Shown: positions 27,310 through 37,562, counted from the stretch's first letter. The stretch: DNA of 64,000 nt from an uncultured Prevotellaceae bacterium (GCA_902762565.1 CACWOS010000020.1:25235-89234); one strand, 5' to 3'. Notes: generated by a model not told the origin, from the letters alone. Translations and numbers: made by a program.

Positions 27310-30300
27310 ATGAAACGACTAACATTATTATTGCTATTAGCTGTAGGTTATTGGCAGTTAGCCATTGCAGACACAACGAAACCTTGGACCTTCTGGTATT
27401 GGATGTATGGAGCCGTATCAGAGGAAGGCATTAAGGCTGACCTCAAAGCGATGAAGGATGCTGGTTTAGGTGGTTGTTATCTCATGCCTATCCGTGGGGC
27501 AGAGGAACGCTCAGAATACGGAGGGAAGGCCAATGCTATGAGTGACAACTTTTGGCATTTAGTTGATGTTGCTCTTGCTGAGGCTGATGCTCTTGGTTTG
27601 GAGATGGGTATTCATGTTTGTGACGGTTTTGCATTGGCAGGTGGTCCTTGGATTAAGCCTGAGGAATCCATGCAGAAAATCGTTTTTTGTGATACCATAG
27701 TCCGTGGTGGCCCCCATCATTTCCAGATGGCGAAGCCCCAACACTATGGTGACTATTATGAGGACATTGCCACTTATGCCATTCCTGTGGCTGAACTCAA
27801 TCTTGAGGCCTTTGCATACAGAGGTGCTGACCTGAAGACGACCTATTCTCTTAAGTCAGGGAATAAGACGACCTATTCTTCTGAAGTCACGGTGAACGAT
27901 AAAGGGGTTTATTGTGCAGACAGCCCTTGTTGGTTTCAGTACGAATTCAAGCAGCCAACGTTAATTTTCAATGTGGAGATTGAACCATCAGGCACCAATA
28001 TCCAGTGTCAGCGATTGCTGGTGAAATCTTCTGACGATGGCGTTAATTTCCAAACGGTAAAACAGCTGACACCACCAAGACAAGGGTGGCAGAATACGGG
28101 CTTTAACACCACGTTCAGCATTCCTCCAACAAGCGCTAAATACTTTCGTTTTGAGTGGACACCTGTTGGTTCAGAGCCAGGTTCAGAAGACCTTGACGCA
28201 GCCAAGTGGAAACCCGTATTGCGACTGAAAGATATTCGATTGGGAACTCTGCCACTGATTGACAACTGGGAAGGCAAGGCTGGCTACGTTTGGCGCAAGG
28301 CTCCTGACACACCCGCTTCAGACCTGCGTGAGAACGTCCTTCTATATGCTTCTGACCTTGTACGCATCCCCTTGAACGGCGACCTCGTGGATGTAGAACT
28401 TCTTGGTGGTACATATCGTATCCTGCGTATGGGACATACGTCAACAGGACACACCAATGCTACAGGTGGTGGTGCCAAGGGCTTGGAGTGTGACAAGTTC
28501 TCTCGTGCAGCTGTCGAGAAGCAGATAGACAATTGGTTTGGCAAGTTCATGCAACGCCCTCATCATGAGGTCATCAAGTATATGCATGTCGATTCTTGGG
28601 AGTGTGGCAGCCAGAACTGGGGCTATAATTTTGTCAACGAGTTCATTCGTCGTCGTGGTTATAATCTATTAGAGGTATTGCCTATCATGGCAGGTGTGGC
28701 GATGGTTGAAGGCGACTTGATGTTACGTGAGGTTCGTCAGACAATAGATGACCTTACTAACGAGGTGTTCTTTGCGACTGTTGCCCAAAAAGCTCATCAA
28801 TATGGTGTTCAGCTATCAACAGAGAGTGTGGCCCCCACGATGGTGTCCGATGGTATGACACATTATAAATATGCTGACGTGCCTATGGGTGAGTATTGGT
28901 TGAATTCGCCTACCCACGATAAGCCCAACGACATGCTCGACGCCATCAGTGCGGCCCATGTCTATGGTAAGAATATTGTGCAGGCAGAGGGATTCACAGA
29001 GGTACGTGGCGTATGGGACGAGACGCCAGCTATGGTGAAGCCATTGTTGGATCGGAACTTCGCCTTGGGTATGAATCGTCTCTTCTTCCATGTGAATACC
29101 CACAATCCTTGGCTCGACAAGAAACCAGGCATGACTCTTGATGGAATAGGTCTATTCTTCCAGCGCGACCAGACCTGGTTCCCAGAGGCCAAAGGTTTTG
29201 TCGACTATATCACACGCTGTCAGACACTCTTGCAAAAGGGTAAGCCTGTGGTGGACATCGCTGTCTATACGGGTGATGAGTTGCCAAGTCGCGCTTTGAC
29301 ACCAGATAAATTAGTACCCATGTTGCCAGGTCTGTTTGGAGCAGAGCGTGTGGCTTCAGAGAAGGCTCGTCTTGCTCATGCAGGACAACCTATGGAGGAA
29401 TCGCCTGTTGGTGTGAAACATTCTGCAGGTATTCTCGACCTGAAGGATTGGATTAATCCGTTACATGGCTATCACTACGATTCGATGAATAAGGATGCCC
29501 TGCTGAGTCAGCCCTTTAATTATAAGGCATTGGTGATTCCTAAAGGCACTCTAGTTTCTACACAAGTTAAGAATCGCATTGACCAACTGCGTTACCAAGG
29601 TGTACTCGTCATTGAGGAACCCTATCAACATGCCCAGCTGGAGGGTACTACTCCTGATGTCATCCTGCCAGAAGGTATTGCCTATGCCCATCGTACTGGT
29701 GAAGATCGTGAGATTTATTTCCTGTCGAACCAGACAAGTGAAGAGCAAACCTTCAGGCCGACCTTCCGTCAGATGCGCCAGAATGCCGTGCTCTACAATC
29801 CGCTAACAGATGAAAAGATGCACTTTGACGGCAATGTGACGTTGCCCCCTTATGGCTCCCTATTTGTTAGTTTTGGGCAAGACATTGATTCCCACGTTGG
29901 GAAGCAAATATTCCCAAGGAGGGAAAAAGTGGTTCCCAAGGAGGGAATAATGAGTCAGCCTTGGGATATCACTTTCCGCGAGTCAGGCTTAACGCTGAAA
30001 GACCAGCAACCCTTCGACTGGAGCAAGCATAGTGACGATAAGATTCGCTATTTCAGTGGTCATGCCCGCTATACATTAACATGTAAACTGAAGAAGAGAG
30101 AGCTTCCCAAGAAGCGTGCTTGGTTGTCGTTCCCCAATGTGAAGGATATTGCCCACGTCTGGATTAACGGCAAGGATTGTGGTATTGTCTGGACGGCTCC
30201 TTATGAGTTGGAGATTACGGGAGCGCTGAAGAAAGGCAAGAATACGATAGAAATAGAAGTTGTAAACACCTGGCACAATGCTTTGCGAGGTGCTGACCAA

Positions 30301-30411
30301 GGCAAGGCTCCATACGACGGAATCTGGACGAATGCCAAGTATCGTACCAAGGGCGATGACCTTTTGCCTGCAGGTCTGATAACACAGCCAGAATTGAGAA
30401 TTGAAAAATAG
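27310..30411 (+). CDS. Glycoside hydrolase, GH106-like (alpha-L-rhamnosidase family) with a C-terminal jelly-roll domain
   Basis: N-terminal KPWTFWYWMYGAVSEEGIKADLKAMKDAGLGG and C-terminal WINGKDCGIVWTAPYELEITGALKKGKNTIEIEVVNTW are typical of this family, by recall. Confidence 0.6.
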   Translation: MKRLTLLLLLAVGYWQLAIADTTKPWTFWYWMYGAVSEEGIKADLKAMKDAGLGGCYLMPIRGAEERSEYGGKANAMSDNFWHLVDVALAEADALGLEMGIHVCDGFALAGGPWIKPEESMQKIVFCDTIVRGGPHHFQMAKPQHYGDYYEDIATYAIPVAELNLEAFAYRGADLKTTYSLKSGNKTTYSSEVTVNDKGVYCADSPCWFQYEFKQPTLIFNVEIEPSGTNIQCQRLLVKSSDDGVNFQTVKQLTPPRQGWQNTGFNTTFSIPPTSAKYFRFEWTPVGSEPGSEDLDAAKWKPVLRLKDIRLGTLPLIDNWEGKAGYVWRKAPDTPASDLRENVLLYASDLVRIPLNGDLVDVELLGGTYRILRMGHTSTGHTNATGGGAKGLECDKFSRAAVEKQIDNWFGKFMQRPHHEVIKYMHVDSWECGSQNWGYNFVNEFIRRRGYNLLEVLPIMAGVAMVEGDLMLREVRQTIDDLTNEVFFATVAQKAHQYGVQLSTESVAPTMVSDGMTHYKYADVPMGEYWLNSPTHDKPNDMLDAISAAHVYGKNIVQAEGFTEVRGVWDETPAMVKPLLDRNFALGMNRLFFHVNTHNPWLDKKPGMTLDGIGLFFQRDQTWFPEAKGFVDYITRCQTLLQKGKPVVDIAVYTGDELPSRALTPDKLVPMLPGLFGAERVASEKARLAHAGQPMEESPVGVKHSAGILDLKDWINPLHGYHYDSMNKDALLSQPFNYKALVIPKGTLVSTQVKNRIDQLRYQGVLVIEEPYQHAQLEGTTPDVILPEGIAYAHRTGEDREIYFLSNQTSEEQTFRPTFRQMRQNAVLYNPLTDEKMHFDGNVTLPPYGSLFVSFGQDIDSHVGKQIFPRREKVVPKEGIMSQPWDITFRESGLTLKDQQPFDWSKHSDDKIRYFSGHARYTLTCKLKKRELPKKRAWLSFPNVKDIAHVWINGKDCGIVWTAPYELEITGALKKGKNTIEIEVVNTWHNALRGADQGKAPYDGIWTNAKYRTKGDDLLPAGLITQPELRIEK

Positions 30412-30419
30412 ATAACAAG

Positions 30420-31898
30420 ATGAGAAAATGGATTTGCATCTTCGTCGCGTTGATAGCCGTCACGGCTCATGCTAAGGTCAGACTGCCTCAGTTCTTCAGC
30501 GATGGTATGGTGCTACAACAGGAATCGGAGTGTAACATCTGGGGTTGGATAGAACCAGGAAAGAGAGTAAGCATTACGACCTCATGGGACAAAAAATGTC
30601 ACATGGCGCAGGCTAACAAAGATGGACGTTTTGGAGTGACAGTAAAGACGCCTAAGGCTGGAGGACCATACTTTATCGGCTTTAAAGACAAGGACTACGT
30701 GCAGGTTAGCAATGTGATGATTGGCGAGGTGTGGATATGTTCTGGTCAGTCGAACATGGAGATGCTGATGAAGGGTTACAAAGCACAGCCTGTAGAAGGT
30801 GCTGCTGAGGAACTGCTTTCGTGTAATGACGATGGTCTGCGACTGTTCTATGGTAAACGTCGTGCTTCATTAGAGCCTCAGCAAGACCTTGCGGGAACGT
30901 GGCAGCCTGCCAATGCTGCCAGCGTTCGTGAGTTCTCGGCTACAGCTTATTACTTTGGCAAGGCGCTGAGAAAGACGTTAGATGTCCCTGTGGGACTGAT
31001 CTGTACTGCCTTCGGTGGTAGTGCCTGTGAAGCTTGGATGAAAGCCGACTGGTTGAAGGCCTTCCCCAAAGTCAAGCAGACGATTACTGAAGAGGACGTC
31101 AAGAAGCTACAGCAGCGTTGTCCAACGGCTCTCTATAATGGACAACTCAAACCCATTATCGGCTATGGCATCCGTGGTGCCATCTGGTATCAGGGTGAGG
31201 ACAATGTGCCACGCTACGACTACTACGCTCCCCTGATGGCGCGTATGGTTCAGGGCTGGCGCGAGGACTGGAAGCATACGAGTGGAAAGGCGCAGGGCAA
31301 CTTCCCCTTCTATTATTGTCAGATAGCACCTTGGGGATATGACGAAACAGACTGGGCTCTCTACAATAGTGCTTTCCTCCGCGAACAGCAAGAGAAGGTA
31401 GAATCGACGGTCCCTAACTGTCGTATGGCCGTACTGATGGATACAGGTATCAAGGATGTCATCCATCCTCGCAAGAAGCGCCAAGCAGGTGAGCGCCTTG
31501 CTATCCTTGCCCTCAGCAATACCTATGATGTCAAGGGTCTGCCAGACTTTGCCAAATATAAAGAAGTGTCATTCCAAAACGATACTGCCGTTGTGTCCTT
31601 TGACCGTTCGAAGGAGTGGGTGTATTTCGAGAATGGATCAACTTCCAAGAACTTCGAGGTGGCTGGTGCCGACCGTGTGTTCCATCCTGCCACGAAGGTA
31701 TGGATTTCCCGCAATCGTCTCTATGTCATCTGCGATGAAGTAAAGACGCCCGTCGCTGTTCGCTATGCCTTCAAAGATTTTGTAGTTGGCGATTTGATGC
31801 ACGATGGCCTACCCGTCTCGTCATTCCGTACAGACGACTGGGAGCCTACACCGTCTCATGTTTCCAAAACAACGGGCGATTATAATAACCCTAAGTAA
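30420..31898 (+). CDS. Sialate O-acetylesterase-like (SASA/DUF303) carbohydrate esterase
   Basis: GEVWICSGQSNMEM and IRGAIWYQGEDN motifs. Confidence 0.85.
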   Translation: MRKWICIFVALIAVTAHAKVRLPQFFSDGMVLQQESECNIWGWIEPGKRVSITTSWDKKCHMAQANKDGRFGVTVKTPKAGGPYFIGFKDKDYVQVSNVMIGEVWICSGQSNMEMLMKGYKAQPVEGAAEELLSCNDDGLRLFYGKRRASLEPQQDLAGTWQPANAASVREFSATAYYFGKALRKTLDVPVGLICTAFGGSACEAWMKADWLKAFPKVKQTITEEDVKKLQQRCPTALYNGQLKPIIGYGIRGAIWYQGEDNVPRYDYYAPLMARMVQGWREDWKHTSGKAQGNFPFYYCQIAPWGYDETDWALYNSAFLREQQEKVESTVPNCRMAVLMDTGIKDVIHPRKKRQAGERLAILALSNTYDVKGLPDFAKYKEVSFQNDTAVVSFDRSKEWVYFENGSTSKNFEVAGADRVFHPATKVWISRNRLYVICDEVKTPVAVRYAFKDFVVGDLMHDGLPVSSFRTDDWEPTPSHVSKTTGDYNNPK

Positions 31899-32020
31899 AA
31901 AGGTAAAAAAGTAAAAAGGTAAACAAGTAAAATGAAGAGAGTCATAACAATGAATAATAAGAGGGTATATAGGTTGGTATTGTTTTTTTTACCTTTTTAC
32001 CTTTTTACGTTTCTACCTTT
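31895..32020. repeat. Inverted A/T-rich 8-9-mer arrays (GGTAAAAA / TTTTTACC) bracketing the GH2 start codon
   Basis: 31895-31909 (gtaaaaaggtaaaaa) is the perfect reverse complement of 31994-32008; extended, the match is 21/22. The downstream arm encodes LFFLPFYLFTFLPL of the signal peptide. Confidence 0.85.
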
Positions 32021-34553
32021 AAAGGCGCAGACCTCTGTTGCAGGTCTTTTCCCTTTGGCAAATAGTGGCCGTCTTGTGTGGAACTTCAATGCAGGCTGGC
32101 GCTTTTATTTAGGTGATGTGGCTGATGCTGAGGCCAAGGATTTTAATGATAAAGGGTGGGAGATCGTCTCAACACCCCATAGTGTTCAATTGATGCCTGC
32201 TGAAGCCAGTGGTTGTCGCAACTATCAAGGTATTGCCTGGTATCGAAAACATTTTGTGTTGCCCAAAGAATGCGCAGGCCGTGACGTGACCCTCCATTTC
32301 GAGGCCATCATGGGCAAGCAGACCATCTATGTCAATGGCCAAAAGGTCAAGGACCACGAGGGCGGCTATCTGCCTATCACTATCTCCCTGTCTGCTCTTG
32401 GCATATCCGCAGGTGACGACTGTGTTGTCGCCATCATGGCTGACAACAGCGACGACAAGACCTATCCTCCAGGTAAGAAGCAGATGACCCTCGACTTCGC
32501 TTATCATGGCGGCATCTACCGTGATGTATGGCTCATAGCAAAGAACAAGGTAGCCATTACAGATGCCTTAGATGAGAATAAAGTGGCAGGTGGAGGTATT
32601 TTCGTCCATTATGCCAATATCAGCGAGAAGAGTGCAGAGGTATTTATTAATACAGAGGTACGTAACAACGACACGAAACCTCATGCCATTACCATTGAGA
32701 ATACCCTTTCTGCCATCGTTCCCGTTGGTTCTCCAACGAGCCTAAAAACAAAAGTAAAGCTGCAAGCAGGCGAAGCGAAGACCGTTACCCAGCGTTTTCT
32801 CGTGAAAAATCCAAAGCTATGGAGTCCAGAGGCCCCCAATCAATATCAGATAGCTACTTGCGTTAAGGAAGGTAAGCAATCGCTTGATGGTGGTATTACG
32901 AAGATTGGCATCCGTTCTTTTGAATTCGTACGCACGGATGATGCCCAAGGACGTCAGTCTGGTTTCTACCTCAATGGCAAGAAGTATCACCAACTGGTAG
33001 GTGCTAATCGTCATCAGGACTTTGCCTACGTAGGTAATGCTCTGCCCAATTCTCAGCAGTGGCGCGATGCCAAGCGCTTGCGTGATGCTGGCTTTACCAT
33101 CATCCGTACGGCTCACTATCCTCAGGATCCTTCATTTATGGATGCTTGCGATGAATTGGGCCTTTTTATCATTGTGGCGACACCTGGTTGGCAATATTGG
33201 AACAAGGACAAGGGTTGGGACGAGAAAGTACACGAGAACACACGTAACATCATTCGTCGTGACAGAAACCATCCTTGTGTCTTGATGTGGGAACCTATCT
33301 TGAATGAGACGCGCTATCCTGAGGAGTTTGCCTTGCAGGCTCTGCGGATTACCAAGGACGAATATCCTTATCCCTATCGTCCTGTTGCTGCTGCTGACGT
33401 GCATTCCGCTGGAGTTGCAGACAACTATGATGTGGTGTATGGCTGGCCAGGTGATGACTTTAAGGAAGACAAGCCTAAGCAGTGCATCTTTACTCGCGAA
33501 TTTGGCGAATTGGTAGACGACTGGTATGCCCATAACAATCTGAATCGTGCCTCTCGTTCGTGGGGCGAGCGTCCGATGCTCCTGCAGGCCTTGAGCCTCT
33601 ATCGTTCTACGCAGGAGTTGTACCAGACGACAGGCCAGTTCATTGGAGGTTGCCAGTGGCACCCCTTCGACCATCAGCGTGGCTATCATCCTGATCCCTA
33701 CTGGGGTGGTATCTACGATGCCTTCCGCCAGAAGAAGACGGCTTTCGATATGTTTGCTGCTGTGCTACAGCCACCTACTCAACAGCCCATCGTGACTATT
33801 GCTCATGAGATGACGCAGTTCTCAGAGAAGGATGTTACCATCTTCTCAAATTGCGATAGCGTTCGCCTCTCGTTGTATGATGGTGAACACTGTTGGGAAC
33901 AGCCCGTTAAGAATGGGCTTGTTGTCTTCAGGGATGCTTGGGACTTCTTCGAGGCTCGCAATCACAGCTACACGCAGAAATCGTGGCAAAGCGTGAAGAT
34001 GGTGGCTGAGGGTATTATGAATGGCAAAGTAGTTTGTAAGGAAGAGAAGATGCCCTCGCGCAGAAGTACCAAGTTGCGCCTTTATGTCGATGAGATGGGT
34101 AAAAAGCTCGTGGCTGATGGCTCTGATTTCGTCGTCGTGGTTTGTGAAGTGACAGACGATTTAGGCCACGTACGCCGTATGGCCAAAGAAAACATCCGCT
34201 TCACTATTGAGGGTGAGGGCGAAATCATAGGCGATGCCAGTATTAATGCCAATCCACGTGCAGTGGAGTGGGGGTCAGCGCCAGTCTTAATCCGTAGCAC
34301 CAAGAAAGCCGGTAAGATAAAGGTTAAGGCTGAAGTACAGTTCCCTGGTGTTCATGCCCCAACCCCTGCCGAACTCGAAATAGAGAGCATCCCTTACGAT
34401 GTGCCGATGTGTTTCAAAGCCAGTGAAGTAAATCAGACGAAAATATCTAGAAGAACAAGTACTTCTAATTCCACTCAGCTTTCTGATAAAGAGAAAGCCA
34501 AGATGCTTCAAGAGGTAGAAGCACAACAGGCAGATTTTGGCGTAAAACGTTAA
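31932..34553 (+). CDS. Glycoside hydrolase family 2 (beta-galactosidase-like)
   Basis: IIRTAHYPQDPSFMDACDELGLFI and NHPCVLMWEPILNE, in GH2 domain order. A start at 31950 is also possible. Confidence 0.85.
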   Translation: MKRVITMNNKRVYRLVLFFLPFYLFTFLPLKAQTSVAGLFPLANSGRLVWNFNAGWRFYLGDVADAEAKDFNDKGWEIVSTPHSVQLMPAEASGCRNYQGIAWYRKHFVLPKECAGRDVTLHFEAIMGKQTIYVNGQKVKDHEGGYLPITISLSALGISAGDDCVVAIMADNSDDKTYPPGKKQMTLDFAYHGGIYRDVWLIAKNKVAITDALDENKVAGGGIFVHYANISEKSAEVFINTEVRNNDTKPHAITIENTLSAIVPVGSPTSLKTKVKLQAGEAKTVTQRFLVKNPKLWSPEAPNQYQIATCVKEGKQSLDGGITKIGIRSFEFVRTDDAQGRQSGFYLNGKKYHQLVGANRHQDFAYVGNALPNSQQWRDAKRLRDAGFTIIRTAHYPQDPSFMDACDELGLFIIVATPGWQYWNKDKGWDEKVHENTRNIIRRDRNHPCVLMWEPILNETRYPEEFALQALRITKDEYPYPYRPVAAADVHSAGVADNYDVVYGWPGDDFKEDKPKQCIFTREFGELVDDWYAHNNLNRASRSWGERPMLLQALSLYRSTQELYQTTGQFIGGCQWHPFDHQRGYHPDPYWGGIYDAFRQKKTAFDMFAAVLQPPTQQPIVTIAHEMTQFSEKDVTIFSNCDSVRLSLYDGEHCWEQPVKNGLVVFRDAWDFFEARNHSYTQKSWQSVKMVAEGIMNGKVVCKEEKMPSRRSTKLRLYVDEMGKKLVADGSDFVVVVCEVTDDLGHVRRMAKENIRFTIEGEGEIIGDASINANPRAVEWGSAPVLIRSTKKAGKIKVKAEVQFPGVHAPTPAELEIESIPYDVPMCFKASEVNQTKISRRTSTSNSTQLSDKEKAKMLQEVEAQQADFGVKR

Positions 34554-34602
34554 GAAAACAAAAATTCTTCTATATATATAAGGTGTAACCAAAACTTTTG
34601 CC

Positions 34603-34610
34603 TACTTTTG
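34603..34610 (+). promoter_or_regulatory. -7 promoter box TActTTTG for topA
   Basis: Consensus match 125 nt upstream of the topA ATG. Confidence 0.5.
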
Positions 34611-34615
34611 CAGCC

Positions 34616-34705
34616 CGAAAGTCGACGTTAGTCAACTTTTCAATATGCGAAAGTCGACGTTAGTCAACTTTACGATTAAACGAAAGTCGACGTAAGTCTG
34701 CTTTT
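34616..34705 (+). promoter_or_regulatory. Three phased direct repeats of a 24-bp imperfect palindrome in the topA leader
   Basis: CGAAAGTCGACGTTAGTCAACTTT at 34616-34639 and 34648-34671 (identical), and a diverged third copy at 34681-34705. The copy starts are 32 and 33 bp apart. Each copy is AAAGTCGAC-N4-GTCAACTTT. Confidence 0.8.
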
Positions 34706-34734
34706 CTTGGTTGCAAAAGTAAAAGAAACGATAT

Positions 34735-37038
34735 ATGCAAAAGAATTTAGTGATTGTAGAGTCGCCTGCAAAGGCAAAGACCATTGAAAAGTTTCTCGGC
34801 AAGGACTATAAAGTCATGTCGAGTTATGGTCATATCCGTGACTTAAAGAAAAAGGAGATGAGTATCGATACCAACACGCTTCAGCCAGAATATGAGATTC
34901 CTGAGGAGAAGATGAAGTTGGTAAATGAACTGAAGCAGAATGCAGAGAAGGCTGATAAGGTATGGCTTGCATCCGATGAGGACCGTGAGGGAGAAGCTAT
35001 CTCTTGGCATCTGTGTGAAGTACTGGGGTTGGACGAAGAGAAGACCAATCGTATCGTCTTCCATGAAATCACTAAGCCTGCTATTCTGGAAGCCATCGAA
35101 CATCCTCGTCATTTGGATATGAATTTGGTCAATGCCCAGCAGGCTCGTCGTGTGCTCGACCGTTTGGTAGGCTTTAAGCTGTCGCCAGTTCTTTGGCGTA
35201 AGGTGAAGCCAGCCCTCTCTGCTGGTCGCGTACAGAGTGTGGCTGTGCGTTTGATAGTCGAACGTGAGCGTGAGATACAGGCTTTCCAGAGTGAACCATT
35301 TTATAGCGTTGTAGGTATCTTTGCCATTACAAATGCCGATGGCTCACAGACAGAGGTACGAGCAACGTTGGCTCAGCGCCTGAAGACCCATGATGAAGTG
35401 GAGTCGTTCTTAAAGAAGTGCATAGATGCTAAATTCACAGTGGAAAGTGTCAGCAAGAAACCTATGAAGCGCACACCTGCGCCTCCTTTCACGACATCAA
35501 CACTTCAGCAGGAAGCTGCCCGTAAGCTAGGCTTTACCGTTTCCCAGACGATGATGGTGGCTCAGCATTTGTATGAGCACGGACAAATCACCTATATGCG
35601 TACTGACTCTGTCAACCTTTCCAGCCTGTGTATCAATGCTGCTAAAGAAGAAATCAACAACCTTTATGGTGAAGAGTATTCTAAGGTTCGCAAGTATCAT
35701 ACCAGTTCGAAGGGTGCTCAAGAGGCTCACGAAGCTATCCGTCCCACCTATATGGACAAGCAGACCATCGAAGGTACTGCCCAGGAGCGTAAGCTGTACG
35801 AATTGATTTGGAAACGTACCATTGCCAGTCAGATGGCAGATGCCGTTATGGAGAGAACTACCGTGAACATCTCTATCAGTGGTGCTGATGAGCAGTTTGT
35901 TGCTCAGGGTGAAGTTGTTAAGTTCGATGGTTTCATTAAAGTATATCGCGAGAGCTATGACGACGACGACCAACAGGAGGAAGAAAGTCATCTGCTCCCT
36001 CCTTTGAAGAAAGGCATGGAACTGACGCGTCGTGAGATTCAGGCTACTGAGCGTTTCAGCCAGGCTCCCCAACGCTATACGGAAGCTTCGCTGGTGCATA
36101 AACTGGAGGAACTGGGTATTGGCCGTCCTTCAACCTATGCGCCCACCATCTCTACTATCCAGCAACGTGAATACGTCCATAAGGGTGATCAGAAGGGCGA
36201 GGAACGTACCTATACTGTTGATATCCTGAAAGGTAAGATTATTTCTCAGAAGGAACGTAAGGAAATGGTTGGCTCTGATAAGGGCAAACTATTGCCCACT
36301 GACATTGGTGTTGTGGTCAACGACTTCCTGATGAAGCACTTCACGGAGATTATGGACTATAACTTTACCGCTAAGGTTGAGCAAGACTTCGATAAGATTG
36401 CTGAAGGCGGTGAGAAATGGACACAGATGATGAAGGCTTTCTATCGTGACTTTGAACCAACGGTAGAGAATACTATGAACGATCGTCAGGAGCGCAAGGC
36501 TGGCGAACGTCTGTTAGGCAAGGATACAAAGACGGGCAAGCCTGTCTATGTAAAGATTGGCCGTTTTGGTCCTGTGGTACAGATTGGTACAGCTGAAGAC
36601 ACAGAAAAGCCCCTGTTTGCTCAGCTACCCGCCGATAAGAGCATGGAGACCATTACACTTGATGAGGCTTTAGAGTTGTTCAAGTTACCTCGTACGGTAG
36701 GTGAGTTCGAGGGTGCTCCTGTGGTGATTGGTGCTGGCCGTTTTGGTCCTTATATCCTGCACCAGAAGAAGTACACTTCGTTGCCAAAAGAGTCTGATCC
36801 CTTGACCATCTCACTCGATGAGTCAATCCGTTTGATTCTTGAAAAGCGCCTTCAGGAGAGTAAGAAACACATGAAGACGTTCGAAGAAGATCCGAAGTTA
36901 GAGGTGCTGAATGGCCGTTATGGCCCCTACTTGGCTTACGATGGCAAGAACTATCGTCTGCTCAAGTCACAGCAAGCTAAGGCAGCCGAGCTATCTTACG
37001 ACGAGTGTATGGCCATCATTGAGAAGCAGAAGAAATGA
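34735..37038 (+). CDS. topA: DNA topoisomerase I
   Basis: Toprim start (LVIVESPAKAKTIEKFLG) and the active-site region ITYMRTDS; 767 aa. Confidence 0.95.
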   Translation: MQKNLVIVESPAKAKTIEKFLGKDYKVMSSYGHIRDLKKKEMSIDTNTLQPEYEIPEEKMKLVNELKQNAEKADKVWLASDEDREGEAISWHLCEVLGLDEEKTNRIVFHEITKPAILEAIEHPRHLDMNLVNAQQARRVLDRLVGFKLSPVLWRKVKPALSAGRVQSVAVRLIVEREREIQAFQSEPFYSVVGIFAITNADGSQTEVRATLAQRLKTHDEVESFLKKCIDAKFTVESVSKKPMKRTPAPPFTTSTLQQEAARKLGFTVSQTMMVAQHLYEHGQITYMRTDSVNLSSLCINAAKEEINNLYGEEYSKVRKYHTSSKGAQEAHEAIRPTYMDKQTIEGTAQERKLYELIWKRTIASQMADAVMERTTVNISISGADEQFVAQGEVVKFDGFIKVYRESYDDDDQQEEESHLLPPLKKGMELTRREIQATERFSQAPQRYTEASLVHKLEELGIGRPSTYAPTISTIQQREYVHKGDQKGEERTYTVDILKGKIISQKERKEMVGSDKGKLLPTDIGVVVNDFLMKHFTEIMDYNFTAKVEQDFDKIAEGGEKWTQMMKAFYRDFEPTVENTMNDRQERKAGERLLGKDTKTGKPVYVKIGRFGPVVQIGTAEDTEKPLFAQLPADKSMETITLDEALELFKLPRTVGEFEGAPVVIGAGRFGPYILHQKKYTSLPKESDPLTISLDESIRLILEKRLQESKKHMKTFEEDPKLEVLNGRYGPYLAYDGKNYRLLKSQQAKAAELSYDECMAIIEKQKK

Positions 37039-37562
37039 AGCGTATCATCCTGGTAGGTTACATGGGCTCAGGAAAGACGACCGTGGGCAAGGCCCTCTCT
37101 AAGGAGACGGGCATGATGTTCTACGATCTCGACTGGTATATTGAGAGTCGCATGCGTAAATCTGTGTCCCAGATATTTGCCGAAAAAGGTGAAGAAGGCT
37201 TTCGCAAGATTGAGTATAACATGCTGCACGAAGTAGCAGAGTTCGAGGATGTCATCATCAGTTGTGGTGGTGGCACACCTTGTTTCTTCGATAATATGGA
37301 CTATCTTAATCAGCAGGGCGATGTGGTGTATCTGAAGGCTTCGCCAGAGACGCTTTATAAACATCTGCTGATGGCAAAGGTTGAGCGTCCCTTGCTGAAA
37401 GATAAAAGCCCAGAAGAGCTGATAGACTATATCACAGAACACCTGAAAGGGCGAGCACCTTTCTATGAGAAGGCGAAATACACGCTGGATGTCAACGTAC
37501 TCGACGAATACGATAAAATCAAGGAAAGTGTGGCTGCTCTTCGTGCCCAATTATCACTTTAA
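37035..37562 (+). CDS. aroK: Shikimate kinase
   Basis: IILVGYMGSGKTTVGKAL Walker A; 175 aa; ATGA overlap with topA. Confidence 0.9.
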   Translation: MKRIILVGYMGSGKTTVGKALSKETGMMFYDLDWYIESRMRKSVSQIFAEKGEEGFRKIEYNMLHEVAEFEDVIISCGGGTPCFFDNMDYLNQQGDVVYLKASPETLYKHLLMAKVERPLLKDKSPEELIDYITEHLKGRAPFYEKAKYTLDVNVLDEYDKIKESVAALRAQLSL

